Assembly: GCA_012295275.1 (NCBI GenBank)
Contig: CM022672.1
Coordinates: 10,788,001 to 10,852,000, forward strand
Direction: 5' to 3'
Length of the DNA stretch: 64,000 nucleotides
DNA from: Chrysomallon squamiferum
Lineage: Eukaryota; Animalia; Mollusca
In this document: positions 1-54,300 of the stretch, in pieces
How the letters are laid out: every line of letters begins with the position of its first letter
How positions within the stretch are numbered: position 1 is the stretch's first letter
Made by a program: the position numbers and the translations under genes
Notes under the pieces: model-generated
What the model was told of the DNA's origin: nothing
Databases searched by the model: none
The model's input: only the letters and a program-made list of their open reading frames with translations

Positions 1-16
1 TGGTCAGACTTAATTA

Positions 17-50
<34 letters not shown>

Positions 51-201
51 GCAGTAGTAAGTTTGAGAGTCAGGAAAAAGTGTGGCTTTGAAACTCAACT
101 AATTTATTTTTTATCAGTTATAGTTGGTTTTCAAATATTTGGTGTAGTTACAAAATTTCTTTTTTGAACAATTTGAAAAAAAAAGAAAAGAAAAAAACAT
201 T

Positions 202-42089
<41,888 letters not shown>

Positions 42090-44744
42090 ACATCTTCCAT
42101 GTGGTTTTCATCAGCTTTGAAAGAAACAGAGACTTGGAAATGACATCCAGTTTCACCCGACAACAATAATGAGACATTGATCATTATTTATCAGTCATTT
42201 GAAATAAAGAAATAAAAATAGTTACATTTCAGACTATAGTAAAACAAAAACTGTGGTGTTCGATACTTAAGGCACTACAGTCATGGAAAACAGAATGTGG
42301 GTGTATACCCTAAACGGACAAATATTAAGACTTCTATTTTGGGTGTACCTCTTCTGAAGATGGAATGATTGTAATATACAATCAGACATGATATAATTAA
42401 CATTGTACATGTATGGCCATGCACAATCATATATGACATTTATAAAAATTGGAAGTGCCGACACTTTGAAAAGGTTGACATGATATATTAAGATTCAAGT
42501 AATATTTAGTAAACTGAAGTTATTTTGAATACACATATATATATACACATAGATATTAATGTTCAATTTAAAATCAGTATATAAATAAAATAATAATATA
42601 TACCTACCATTCAAATTTGAAATATATGCTTCCTTGTTTAACAGAGCTAAAACAGACTGTGATGGGACCCTATTAAATTTCGAAATAAATAATTTGTTAC
42701 TTAATGTTACAGTTGTGATATACATAACTGGTTTGGGATCAGACAAATAATAATGAATGATATATATATATTTTTTTTTTTTTTTTTTGAATCTGCTTTC
42801 AGCTGGTTCTGAAATGAGCAGTGTCAGTGTAAATGTATTGTAAAGTGTAATTAGTTTTTATGTCCTACCTAAGGACTAACATTTTTTAACTTTTGTAATT
42901 TGAATATATTCTTATTTTTCAAATATAAATTTTAATGACTGAAACATGGTATCTTGGGTTTTTCTTTTCTTTTCTTTTTAACTTTTTATTTCAGATGCTG
43001 ACTATGTTCGTGTTTTTCAAATTAAATAATATTTAATTTGTTTCCTTAATAAAACCAAAGCCAAAACATAAATGTAATTTATGTTGCATGAATAAAATCT
43101 GGAAAATGGAATAATGATATCAAAGTGATTTAAACTGATATGTGAAAAAAAAATAGACATCAGCATCTTAACATTAATATTGTATTTTCAAGTACTTCAT
43201 TTTAACTTAATGGTGCTTTTTGGGGTAAATACAAAACTACCTTAACTGTGGTCACAAGTTTCAGTTAAAATTTATTTACAACTTTACCAAATAAATGTTA
43301 ATTTTACACTGTCACTGGAATAGCAAAACTAGAACTATGCTCACATTTTGGGAAAACTTGATATGAAAGTTCCTTTATGTAATTCTCCACTATTATCGGG
43401 CAAATTTCTTACTTTTATAAAACTCTCATTACAAACCATATATACTTAATCATAAAGAATCTAACTTTCAATAAAACTATGTCACTATGTGTTTCAAGCT
43501 TTTGAATCATTTTTCTAATTTTTTACTAAAACAAATATTTTATACCAATTGCTAACAAGCACAGAAATCTCATTATCATTTATGCTGTTTATAAATTCTT
43601 TGAATCTCAATTCTGTTGCGTTTGCTATTGTTTTTTCCTTTTTATTTACTAAAACCACAACTGATAAATAATTATACGGGTCTCTAACCAAACTTTTTCC
43701 ATATTTGATATATATCATTATGATCAATCTGCTTGTTCTGTGTATTTGTTATAAGAAAACACAAATGTTTTCTAGTCAGATGTACATAGGTTCATTGTTA
43801 ACATATTTTTCATAGGTAAGGCCATACATTATATATTTTCATACAACTGTTATATATTTTTGTAAATATGTTACTAAATTTGAAATGTAAATAGTTTATT
43901 TTTTGTTCATCTATGACATATTATGTAAATAATCAGAAATGTCAAATAAATATTTGTTGAAAATGTTAGGACTAAAATTACATGTATTTGTTTGGAAGGT
44001 ATCAACATATGCAATTAATATCTAAGAATCTGTCAATTATGTTTTTCAGTATTCAAACTTTTGTCATCAGAAAAAATTTGAAGACAGATTTTCTTGTAAT
44101 ATAATGGCTAATAACAAGGTTTTCTTGATACAATTGCAATCCTTTTTTCTTGACAAATCAGATCAATATTTTAACAGCTCAATTAAAATCAATGCAATTA
44201 GATTAACCTGCTATTAAACAGTGGTACCTAACAAAGTTTGTTATGCATGTAACTTGTTAATTATTAAATCAGTTGTTGCAAAATTATTAGTATCTCTGTT
44301 GCCATATACATCAATAAAAAAATATTTAAAAATGCTATAGACTGCTTTTGTTGTGAATTTTATTTTCATCATTTTCAATGCTTTATGTTTTTCTTAAGAT
44401 GTTGCTACAACTTTAATCTTGTATAGCAAGTTATATTCAGGCAATAAATTAGAACATGTTATTCCTAATGTTGAATCAAAAACTTTTAATCAACAAATAC
44501 ATAACAAAATTTATAAGATAAATTAAATAGAAATGGCTTTTTTCTAATAAATTATATTTCATTAGCCACCAATCTCAGAGCCTTAACAGTGTAACACTAA
44601 AGTTTAATTTCCAAAATACTCCCCTATATACATACACACACACACACACACACAAAATGAACAAATTAAGAAATCTCATGTATTTAATTTATTTTATTTT
44701 CTGTTTATCTTTAAACACTGAACAAAATAGTAATCTTAGACTAT

Positions 44745-46125
44745 ATACAGATAAGGAACAATACATATGAAATTTTATCTCAGTAATTCTGGAATGCTGA
44801 ATATTACAGTACATACAAGAAATATTAGCTGAAATTAGAGTTTAGTTAAATGTAATGCATATTTAGTTTTCTTTTCTAGATAACTTTCTGCAAATAATGT
44901 AAATAAATTTTAGGAATCTGTATAAGACCATTTTATCATAAGAATTCAACTCCATAATCAGATATTTGAAACTGTTTGGAGCACTTCCATGTTTTGTGCA
45001 TGACTGAATATGTAACTTTATCTCCACTAGTTTTTGTTAAAAGAAACAGTTGATCAACAAAATTTGCCCAGTCCTTTCCTAGAAACTCTGAATATCCACC
45101 AATTAGTTTCTCATCCAGATTTTCAAAGTTGTTGTGTCTGTTGTAATTTTTTACTCTGTTTCTAAATATTTCAGCTTTTGTCACCAAAAGAACAAGATTA
45201 TAATCTTTGACAATTTTTTCCAAACTTTTAACAATGGAGTTCATTACTTTTTCTTGCCCTGCAGTATTGTTTCCAGAACCACAGCGATCAGCCCAGTAGA
45301 AAGCTGACATACTGTCTATCATAAAACAAGATATTTCAGGCTCTGTACTAAAAATATTTTCCAGACTGTGCACTGTACACAGCAAATGCTGGCTGCTACT
45401 GCAGTGAATCAAATATAAATTTTTCAAACAGTCCCTGATTAAAGATTCCACGTCTTCAGAAGAAAAAGAACAATTTCCTGCTTTGGCAGATTCAGCAGCA
45501 GTTTCAACAGCTCTTATTATCCTTTTCTCCAATATTAAAGCTAGCCGGAGAATTGAAAACTTGTAATCACAATCAATGAAAACAACACGGACTCCAAAAC
45601 CACCAAGCTTGAATGTCTTCCAATCTTGGGGGAGAATGCATCTGGCAAGCAAATGAAGAAGGATTTCTGATTTGCCTGTCCCTTCAGTTCCTGAAAACTG
45701 AATAACTTGGCCATGGAGAGGTATCTCAAATAGATGTGGTTCTAGCGCATCCACTGACTGCCTAGCACCTAACCTTGCCAACAGCTGCAACATCAAACGT
45801 GAAATATTCATTATATCATTTTGCAAAAAATACTTCATTTTCTTTATAAAATATAATTATTTATCACAGAGGACTTATTATCCATTTACTAGATATGCTT
45901 GTTTTTTTTAGTTTATAATTTTTTTTTATTAAAAATTGTTTTAATAATGTTGTTCCATAGTTATTGTTATTTCATACAGAGGAATTATAAACAATTCATC
46001 ACATTTTATCTCAGTATTTAAGGAATGTTAGAAGTAACTCATATCTAAATTACTAGCTGAAAATTAGATTTAAGTTATGTGTAATGCATATTAAGTCCTC
46101 TTTTTGATGTCAGTTTCTGAATAAG
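44745..46125 (+). repeat. Pair of degenerate ~100-150 nt direct repeats flanking XRCC2 exon 2
   Basis: attttatctcagta...ggaatg...tagctgaaa(a)ttaga...gtaatgcatatt at 44772-44866 and 46003-46095. Confidence 0.75.
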
Positions 46126-47975
46126 AGTACAGTTTAATTTGACAGTTACTCACCATTACTGCAACATCTTAAAATGACAAATACAAAATTACTGACATGA
46201 TTTTTCTTTAAAGTTGCATTTATTTCTTAATAAACTGCAGCACCATCATTTATCAAATTTTCACTATGAACAATAATCTTTAACTGTCATTAACTATCAG
46301 TTCATTCAATAGGGTGCAGTGCATTGTAACATGACTAATTTTGTACTTGTTAAATTCTGAAAATTATATAAGGATATATGTTGGATTTCCTTTTATGGGC
46401 ACTTTCGTTTTACCATGACCCAGGCATCACTGAAAAGGCAATATGCAAATATAGCCAGTGTTTGAGATACTACAATAATAAGGGGACACCCTGTCTGAAA
46501 AATTCTGGATGTTGCAGATTTGTTGTGCAAGCTGATATTATTGTGATTAACCAAATTTGGGGGTTTTGTTGAAATATATTCATGTTTTTTCTTTTTCTGA
46601 CAGATTTGGTGAAATTTGATCTCTGTTACAGTCACAAATTCTAAAATGGTAATGAACAGCAAAAATCAGCAGTTATCAGATCACAACAAAATGTATGCCA
46701 TTCAAACTAATGTGTTCCATTTAATCGTTTATTACATTTAAATTTTTGGCTGTGCTAATATTTCACATGATTTGCCAGTCTGATTTTTCCTGTGACTGTG
46801 ACAATCTTGATATCATGAAAGTCACTTCCTACACATACTGTTAGCATCCTAGACCTAGGCCTAACCAAAAACTATGGAAACAGCTGTTAACATCACTTCA
46901 CTGCCACTTTCAAAAGCATCTAGATTAGTGCCATGTGCAATACCAAAATTTGTCATTAGTTTTAAATCAAATGTGTTAAATTATTAAATTTTACATATTT
47001 TTTATTTATTAATTCACCGTATTTACATTTGGCAATTATTTTCTGTATTTTCTTCTCTTTTTTTTACCATGTATATGGAACTGTAAACATATACTGCTTT
47101 TACTGCAGCTTTGGGAGTAGTGACAGCAGATATGGTTGGAATTGTATGGGATGGATGAACTGTATGAATATCCCTTGCAGTTTTTTTCCAGTGAATCACA
47201 ACTTGTATAATGGTGTTTGTAGATCAGAAAGGAATGGATCAGTATCAAGATTCAATAATATTCCTAGCATTGTAAGGTGGTTCCTTGGTTTGGTTATAGC
47301 ATGAATATTTGGGATGGCAAGGCTTATAAAGTCCATGTTTTTCACAGGGATATGGTGAAGTCAAGCAGTTGGACATACAGTTGCATTTTTTCTGTGCCAA
47401 CTTCTTCGGATAGGCCAATTTTGAGCCTCTCTCATCAATACAGTGTTTTCTGTTTATGAGTTTATGATACCAGTGTGGAGTGTGAGTTCTGATATTAGAA
47501 CTGATATTTTTAAAAGACTGTATTCTTTTCAAAGTGGTAATGTTTTTCCATTGTTACCACAATTTTCACGACAACAGCAGCCAGTTATCGAATGCTGCCT
47601 AAGGAGAGGCTGGCAAATCTCTGTCTCTGAGTTTAGGTGCAGGGTCTGGTCTGTTGTTTTCATTTCTCTTCTGGTGCAGGTGATGTTTAATGATGTTCAG
47701 GGGATGCTGTCTTCAATTTTTCTCGCTGCTTTTCAAGTATGTTATTGTTGAATATTTATTATATGACCTCTAATAATCCAGAATGATTCAGTATATCGAT
47801 GCTGTGTAACGGCCCTGTACCTCATTTTGTTTGTACTAATAATGTGACAACTGACATGTAATTTAAAATGAAAATTAAACAGCTCTTTAATATTTTTAAA
47901 ATGTCACATGGGTGTGGATTAAATGTTTACTGAATCTATTATAATTACCTGTGCACCGCTTTCAGATTTTGACAT
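44936..47975 (-). CDS. XRCC2: DNA repair protein XRCC2 (RAD51 paralog)
   Basis: Exon 1 is 47975-47949 (MSKSESGAQ|gtaatt). Exon 2 is 45784-44936 (LLARLGAR...FSGTEGTGKSE Walker A...HLLARCILP...GGFGVRVVFIDCDYKFSILRL...IDSMSAFYWADR...FQISDYGVEFL). This matches the XRCC2 pattern ESG.(E/Q)|LLARL, including the first intron position. Confidence 0.95.
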
Positions 47976-48322
47976 AACTAGCGATTAACAACATTTAAAA
48001 AATATAAGTAAAACATCGTCTGCATTACGCATATATCAATAACGCACTAGCCTCGAGTAGTTAATAGACATGTCCACTTCTTTTATCTGCAGAAACTAGT
48101 CTATTTCATACGGGCGCATGCGCTATTCTCTCTTAGTAAACATAGTGTTGGTCAGATGTGGTTTGTTTGATACCCTTATATTTATGAATTCTGCTTACTT
48201 TGTGTAACTGCGTGCATTCAGTTTAACTGTTTAGAAATAAGCACAAAAAGTATGCAATCACAGCATTTACTTCAAGCAGATGAATTAAAAATAATAATGA
48301 ACAGCACTCCCAACTTTTGACA
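47976..48322. promoter_or_regulatory. Bidirectional promoter region XRCC2/COP1 with NRF1/EWG-type palindrome GCGCATGCGC at 48114-48123
   Basis: Divergent ATGs at 47975 (-) and 48323 (+); local CpG enrichment relative to flanks; perfect GCGCATGCGC core. Confidence 0.7.
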
Positions 48323-51300
48323 ATGGCTGGCAGAACTCAACAAGCAACTCGTCGGCGGAAGCGAACTCAAACTCCTGTGTACAGCAGCATTAGCGGCAGC
48401 TATGAAGATAAAGACAACGATTTTGTCTGGTAATAAATTTATTGCATTTTCTCTTCCATAACATTTGATATTTTTTAAATTAAATATATTACCATTTCAT
48501 TTCGCAAAACTTATATTATAATCGTTTTTTACGATGAGGCTTATGCCGTAAGATATTCTTACCTTTGCTAGAGTACAAATTCAGTCATACTAATTCAAAG
48601 CAAATAAGCAATGCTAATAGTAATACATAAACAAGAAAAACAGAAATAATGAAGTTTTTACTTAAAATGTTAGGTAATATTCCTGATTAGGTGTATGCAT
48701 TCGTATTACTGTTAGTGTTACTTGTGTTTACATGTCAAAGTTGAAAATGAGATTTAGATATTTATTTTAAATAATCATTTTGATATTTGAAATATATAAG
48801 AGAATAATATTCAATCAAACTTTTGCTGGCATAGAGCAGATCTAAATGGAAGATTACCATACCTTAAATATTCATGGTATATTTTGTACTTTATTAATTC
48901 AATAATTAAGATATGCACATAACATATATTTTATATATACCATTATTATTATAATAATGATTATTTAATTCTAAGCAGCTAAAAACTCAAACTGCTAATC
49001 TTTTGTTTTTTTTAATTTTTTAAATAAATACTATTAATGATAATTATATTTATAACTTTTAGTTACAATCTGCCAGTGTAATTATTAATAAGATGTTGGA
49101 AATTTGTTCTGTTTATAAGATTTAAAAGAAATAATTTAAAAAAAAAAAAAAAAAAAATTAAAAATAAGATGAATGTTAATATCCATCTTACTTAATAACT
49201 AATTGAAAATTATGCGCCAAATGTCTGACAGCTATGTAATTAAAATTTATTCTAATATAAACTTCTTCACTGCCTGTTTTATATTTTTATAAATAAAAAA
49301 CAAAATTAATTGTTTAAATGTGCAGTTGACATTAGTTTGGAAAAGTTAAACTGGAAGGGATAAGTTCATAATACCAAGTTCATTTTGAAGGATTTTAGTC
49401 TTTGTTAGGGTAACAATCAAATTTTATTACATTTTTCTCAGTGTGATATACAATATACTTTTAAATATAAAATATTATGATAAACTATTAATTTTGTTAT
49501 TTTTCTTGCAATTTAGAACTGTATATGCACATGTAATTCACAGTTAATATTTTCTTTTCAGCCCAGTATGTTTTGATATTATCGATGAAGCACACATGAC
49601 TAAGTGTGGACATACCTTCTGGTAAGTTTATTCCTTATTAGTTGTCAGTAAATTTTTGATTTTAAACTTTTATGTTATTATATAAGTAAAAAAATGTATA
49701 ATTAATCCGTTGGTGTTTAATTAAATAAAAACATATTTTTTAAATAGTGTGGCTGAACTATTTGTTACAAATTTTAAGTTTAATTTTTAAAAATAAAGTA
49801 TTTTATTTTCAAAATTAGACAAAAAGTTTTTGAATATTATAGTTTAATGGAGATTAATCTCATTTATCTCTGATTTTGTTATATATATTTATTTTTAGTT
49901 ACAAATGCATAAAAAACTGCCTTGAGAAGAACAACAGATGTCCGAAGTGCAATTACATCATAGAGAGTGCTGATCACACATATCCAAACTTTACATGTAA
50001 CTGACTTACAGACAATTTTATCTTAATTTTTATCTGCATGTCCAGTTCATGATTCCATTATTCAAAAATAATTCAATTTGCTTATAATTTTTATAGTTAT
50101 TTCCACCAAAAATAACAAAATTCAAACATTTCATTATAATAGTTTAAAATGACATACTGGCCAAAACATATATTCTTCAGAATTTCTTATATTCTTGTTT
50201 ATTTATTTTTTGGTTGAAAATAGAGGAAATATTAATGTATATATTTTTGTTAAATACATTTTGCTTTTTAGTGAATGAACTGATACTGAAGTACAGGGGA
50301 AGGCAAGATGAGAAAAAGATAAAAACAGAACAGCAGGCATGTCCAGGACCTGCTGAACTACTTGACATCATTACAGAAGACACACTAGATCTTGCCAATG
50401 TTAATCATCTCCTTGAAGTTTTGGCAACGAAAAAACAACAGTTGGAAGCTGTAAGTTCTGTTTGAATGTAGTGAAAATTATTTGAAATTCACAGCTGAAT
50501 TTGTGTTATTCTGATGAAGCTTAACTATTCTTTTTTTTTTTTTCTAATTACAATTTTTGAATTATTGATGTCCTGGCATAATTTAAAATTAGATATTCTT
50601 TTTAATATGATCATACCATTATCTTATATACAGCTCTTGTTTTTGTGTTCTAGGATGGCAAACTTGCTGAAAACTGTATTCTTAAGGAATTTTTGCAGCA
50701 AGTTAAACAAAAAAAGAGAGGTAAATTTGTTTATGGATAAAATCTGTTAGTAAAATGTAGCTTATTCTATTAAAGATTGTTATGAATAAAATGAAGATGT
50801 GTTATTTTATTTATTTTTTTTTTTTTTTAAGAAACAAATATGTACATTTAAAATGATTTTTAAACTTTAAAGCATACATGTAATTTTAATTATAAATGAA
50901 ATTAAAGAAATTCCTGTAAACTTTATAGTCTGATTCACTAAGTTTAGAATATTTTATTTGCTATTTATATTTGTATATTTCACAACATTTGTTTTATATT
51001 ACAGAATCTTGAACAGCTAACAAGAGAAATTGCTCTGTTGGATGAAGATACACGACAAATTGATGTAAGTTTTTTGTTGTTTTTTAAAATAATTTTTTAT
51101 CCTAGGACTAATAAGGAATTTTGTTGTAGTTTTTATTTAGTGGTTTTGTGCTATAAATAAATAGATTCGCAAGATTTAATTATTTTTAAACATCTGTTAG
51201 AATTTCTTTTTCCCACACTATATGGATATTATACATTTTTGTAACCATTAAAAACACAAGAGTACAAAAATGGAAAGAGGAATGTGTTTAATGTTTCAGA

Positions 51301-54300
51301 ATATAATAGCAGAACATCAGCAGAAGTATACAGTTAGCCCTGTGAGTATATCACTCTTGTTAATTTTTCCTCCATTTAAAAAAAAAAAAAAACAAATTAT
51401 TGTGTTATTCATTTTTGACGTTTTTTACAGTGTTGATCCTGAAATGTTGATGTGAGGTTTTGTAAGCAGATGTTGACCATTTAAATGATTATGAAAGAAC
51501 TTGAAGTAAAGTTTGATGTTACCAGTATTGCATTTTTTACATAATTAGCACTTATTTATTTTAAGTGATGATCAGACTTTGCCAATAATAAAGGATGCCA
51601 ATTAAATAACAAAATCTTAATCTTTTTGAAGGTATAATGTCACCCTCCATACATCAAAGTTTATTTTTGGTGAAGTTTGATCTCAGTACCAAATAAAGCA
51701 TCAACTGAGAAAATAAGCAATATGTATTTAGGCTGTTTGAACATGTGTGAACAAATGTAAATTTTAGTAACTACAGTTTGTTTTACATGAGATTATCCTA
51801 TTGTTCAGCAGGATCATCTAGTTCCAAGTGGATTCGATGTTAGATCTACTATCACAGAAATAGCTGGCCAGGATGGGTTCAATGGAAGTAAAAACGTAAG
51901 AAATGTCTCATTTAGCAGTTTTCTTTTCACTTTTTATTTTTTATTTTATATCTTTTAGATGTTACATATTACTAAAGCTGAAATTTGTATGCTATCAGTT
52001 TCTGCAACATATTTGTTTCTGTATTATATTATAATGAATTCTAAATTGCATGAATTATAGTTGGAAAGGTAATTTGCATTTTACATTTGAAGTTGATTTT
52101 TCAGCTCCATTTTACATATTTGATATAACACACTGATTTTCTCATTTACTTCTTTACACAGCTGTTTTAATTTTTTGTTTTTATTTTTTAAATACATATG
52201 TGGAGGTGATCAGTTGTTAATGGTCTTGGTTTACATACTTACATATTAATGACACAGATTTGAATTTCAGTCAGGAAAATTGTGGGCACCAAGCAGCATG
52301 GGATCTAGGAGAAAGAAAATCAGTCAACATTTTGAAGATTTGGAGCAGTGTTATTTTTCAACACGTTTAAAACACATGGCCACAGGTTTGACACCTTACA
52401 TGGCTTTATTTGGATATAGTATTTGCTTTTACAGTTAGAAAATATTTCATCTTTTCTATATTACTGAGAAAAATATAATCTGGCTTTATTCTTAAATTAT
52501 TTTAAAAACTGTTTTATTTTTATGACAATTACTTTTTTTTTTTTAAATGGTTGTATTTTTAAATGGTTTATTTATTTATTTAATTTTGGCATAAGTGGTG
52601 TTTAATCCAATTCCTTATGTTCTGTTAAGCAAAAAAAATGATGGGAAGATTTGCCTTATTTTTGATAAGTAATTATTTTCTTAATTCATAACTCACTGAA
52701 AGTTCAGCATATTCTTCTTTCTTTTTTTTTTATTATGTTTTTGTTTGTTATATTTGTTGGTGGGGAACTTTTTTGCTACCATTTTAGTAAATTATATTTA
52801 GGCGATGAATCCAATGATGGTTTGGTGGAATTCACAGAAAGTCTGTCCAAATTCACAAAGTTTTCAACATTCCGTCCGCTGGCAACACTGAGTTATGCAG
52901 TAGATTTATTTAATGGAGGATCCAGTATTGTTTCAAGGTTTGAATTTCTCATACTTAGTTGAGTTGCTATGATTTAACTCTTATTAGCATGAAATACTTA
53001 TTGTTATTGTGAAAATTGACCATTTTGTGAAATTGTTATTTTTCCCCAATTTTCTTCTTTTTATTTCTTTTTAAAGAGAAAATTCTGGATTTCTATAAAT
53101 AATGTTCCCTGAATAATTGCAGAAGATTGTATATTTTAATAATTATAGCTCTATAACTATTTGGTTTCTTGTTTCAGTATTGAGTTTGATCGAGACTGTG
53201 ATTACTTTGCTATTGCTGGAGTGACCAAGAAAATCAAGGTAGTTAATTTCAGAAAACTATATTTTCTCAGTACATTTTCTGTGTGATGAACTATTTTGAT
53301 ATATATTTTTGTAATAAAATCATTTGGAAAATTTATCCTTGTAATATAAAAAGTGACCAAAATAAACATGAAACTTAATATTTTGTCATTTGAAAAATAA
53401 CCAGCATCTAAAAGCACCGACATAAATCCTTTAACTTTGTACAGTTTTCAAAATATAAAATATCAGATTTTGTATTGAGTTAAAAATGACAAACATTTAA
53501 TATTTGTGTTATTTCAGGTTTATGAATATGGTACAGTCATAAAAGATGCTGTTGATATACATTATCCAGTAATAGAGATGGTGTGCAATTCAAAAATAAG
53601 GTTTGTGGGTTCATTTGAGTTTGATGCTAATTATCTATATATGGATGCATTTATACATACAAATGCATTTTTATAATGTGAAGACAATTCATTTTATTTG
53701 TTGTCTTAAAAATTGTTTTAATACTAATAATTTTAATTAAAATTTATATTTTATTGTGAGGTTTGGAAATTTAGTATCATTATGGAAGACTGTTTGTATT
53801 TTTAATAAAAATTTTTTACTCATTTTCACTTCAGTTTCTAGTTGATGGAAATAAATGTTTAAATTGTATAAATTTCAGTTGTGTTACTTGGAGTGCCTAT
53901 CATAAGAGCATGCTGGCAAGCTCTGACTATGAAGGAACAGTCACTCTGTGGGATGCCTTTACAGGTGTGAAATCCAAAATATTTCAGGTATGAAGTGTGC
54001 TTTATCACATACATATACATATATATATATATATATATACACATTTGGAATGAATGTACTTCACATTTTATCTGTCAGTTTTTGTTGGGGTTTTTTCTTA
54101 TAAAATTATCTCTGTTACTGTTATTTCAGTTCCTCTTTTCTATTCAGTGTACATTTAAAAAGTTAATTTTGTTTTTATATGGCAGTTTGTTTTTCTTATA
54201 AGTAAATTTATTTCATTTGAAAAAATTATCTCCATTACAATAAGGGCACCTTCCCATTTTCTATTCTGTATACATAGCTGAAATTTAAAAAAAATAAATT

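Noticed and set aside
45785-45838. XRCC2 as a single-exon gene starting at ATG 45838
   Set aside because: MKYFLQNDIMNISRLMLQ is intron read-through; the conserved N-terminus (ESGAQ) is in exon 47975-47949 with a phase-matched donor.
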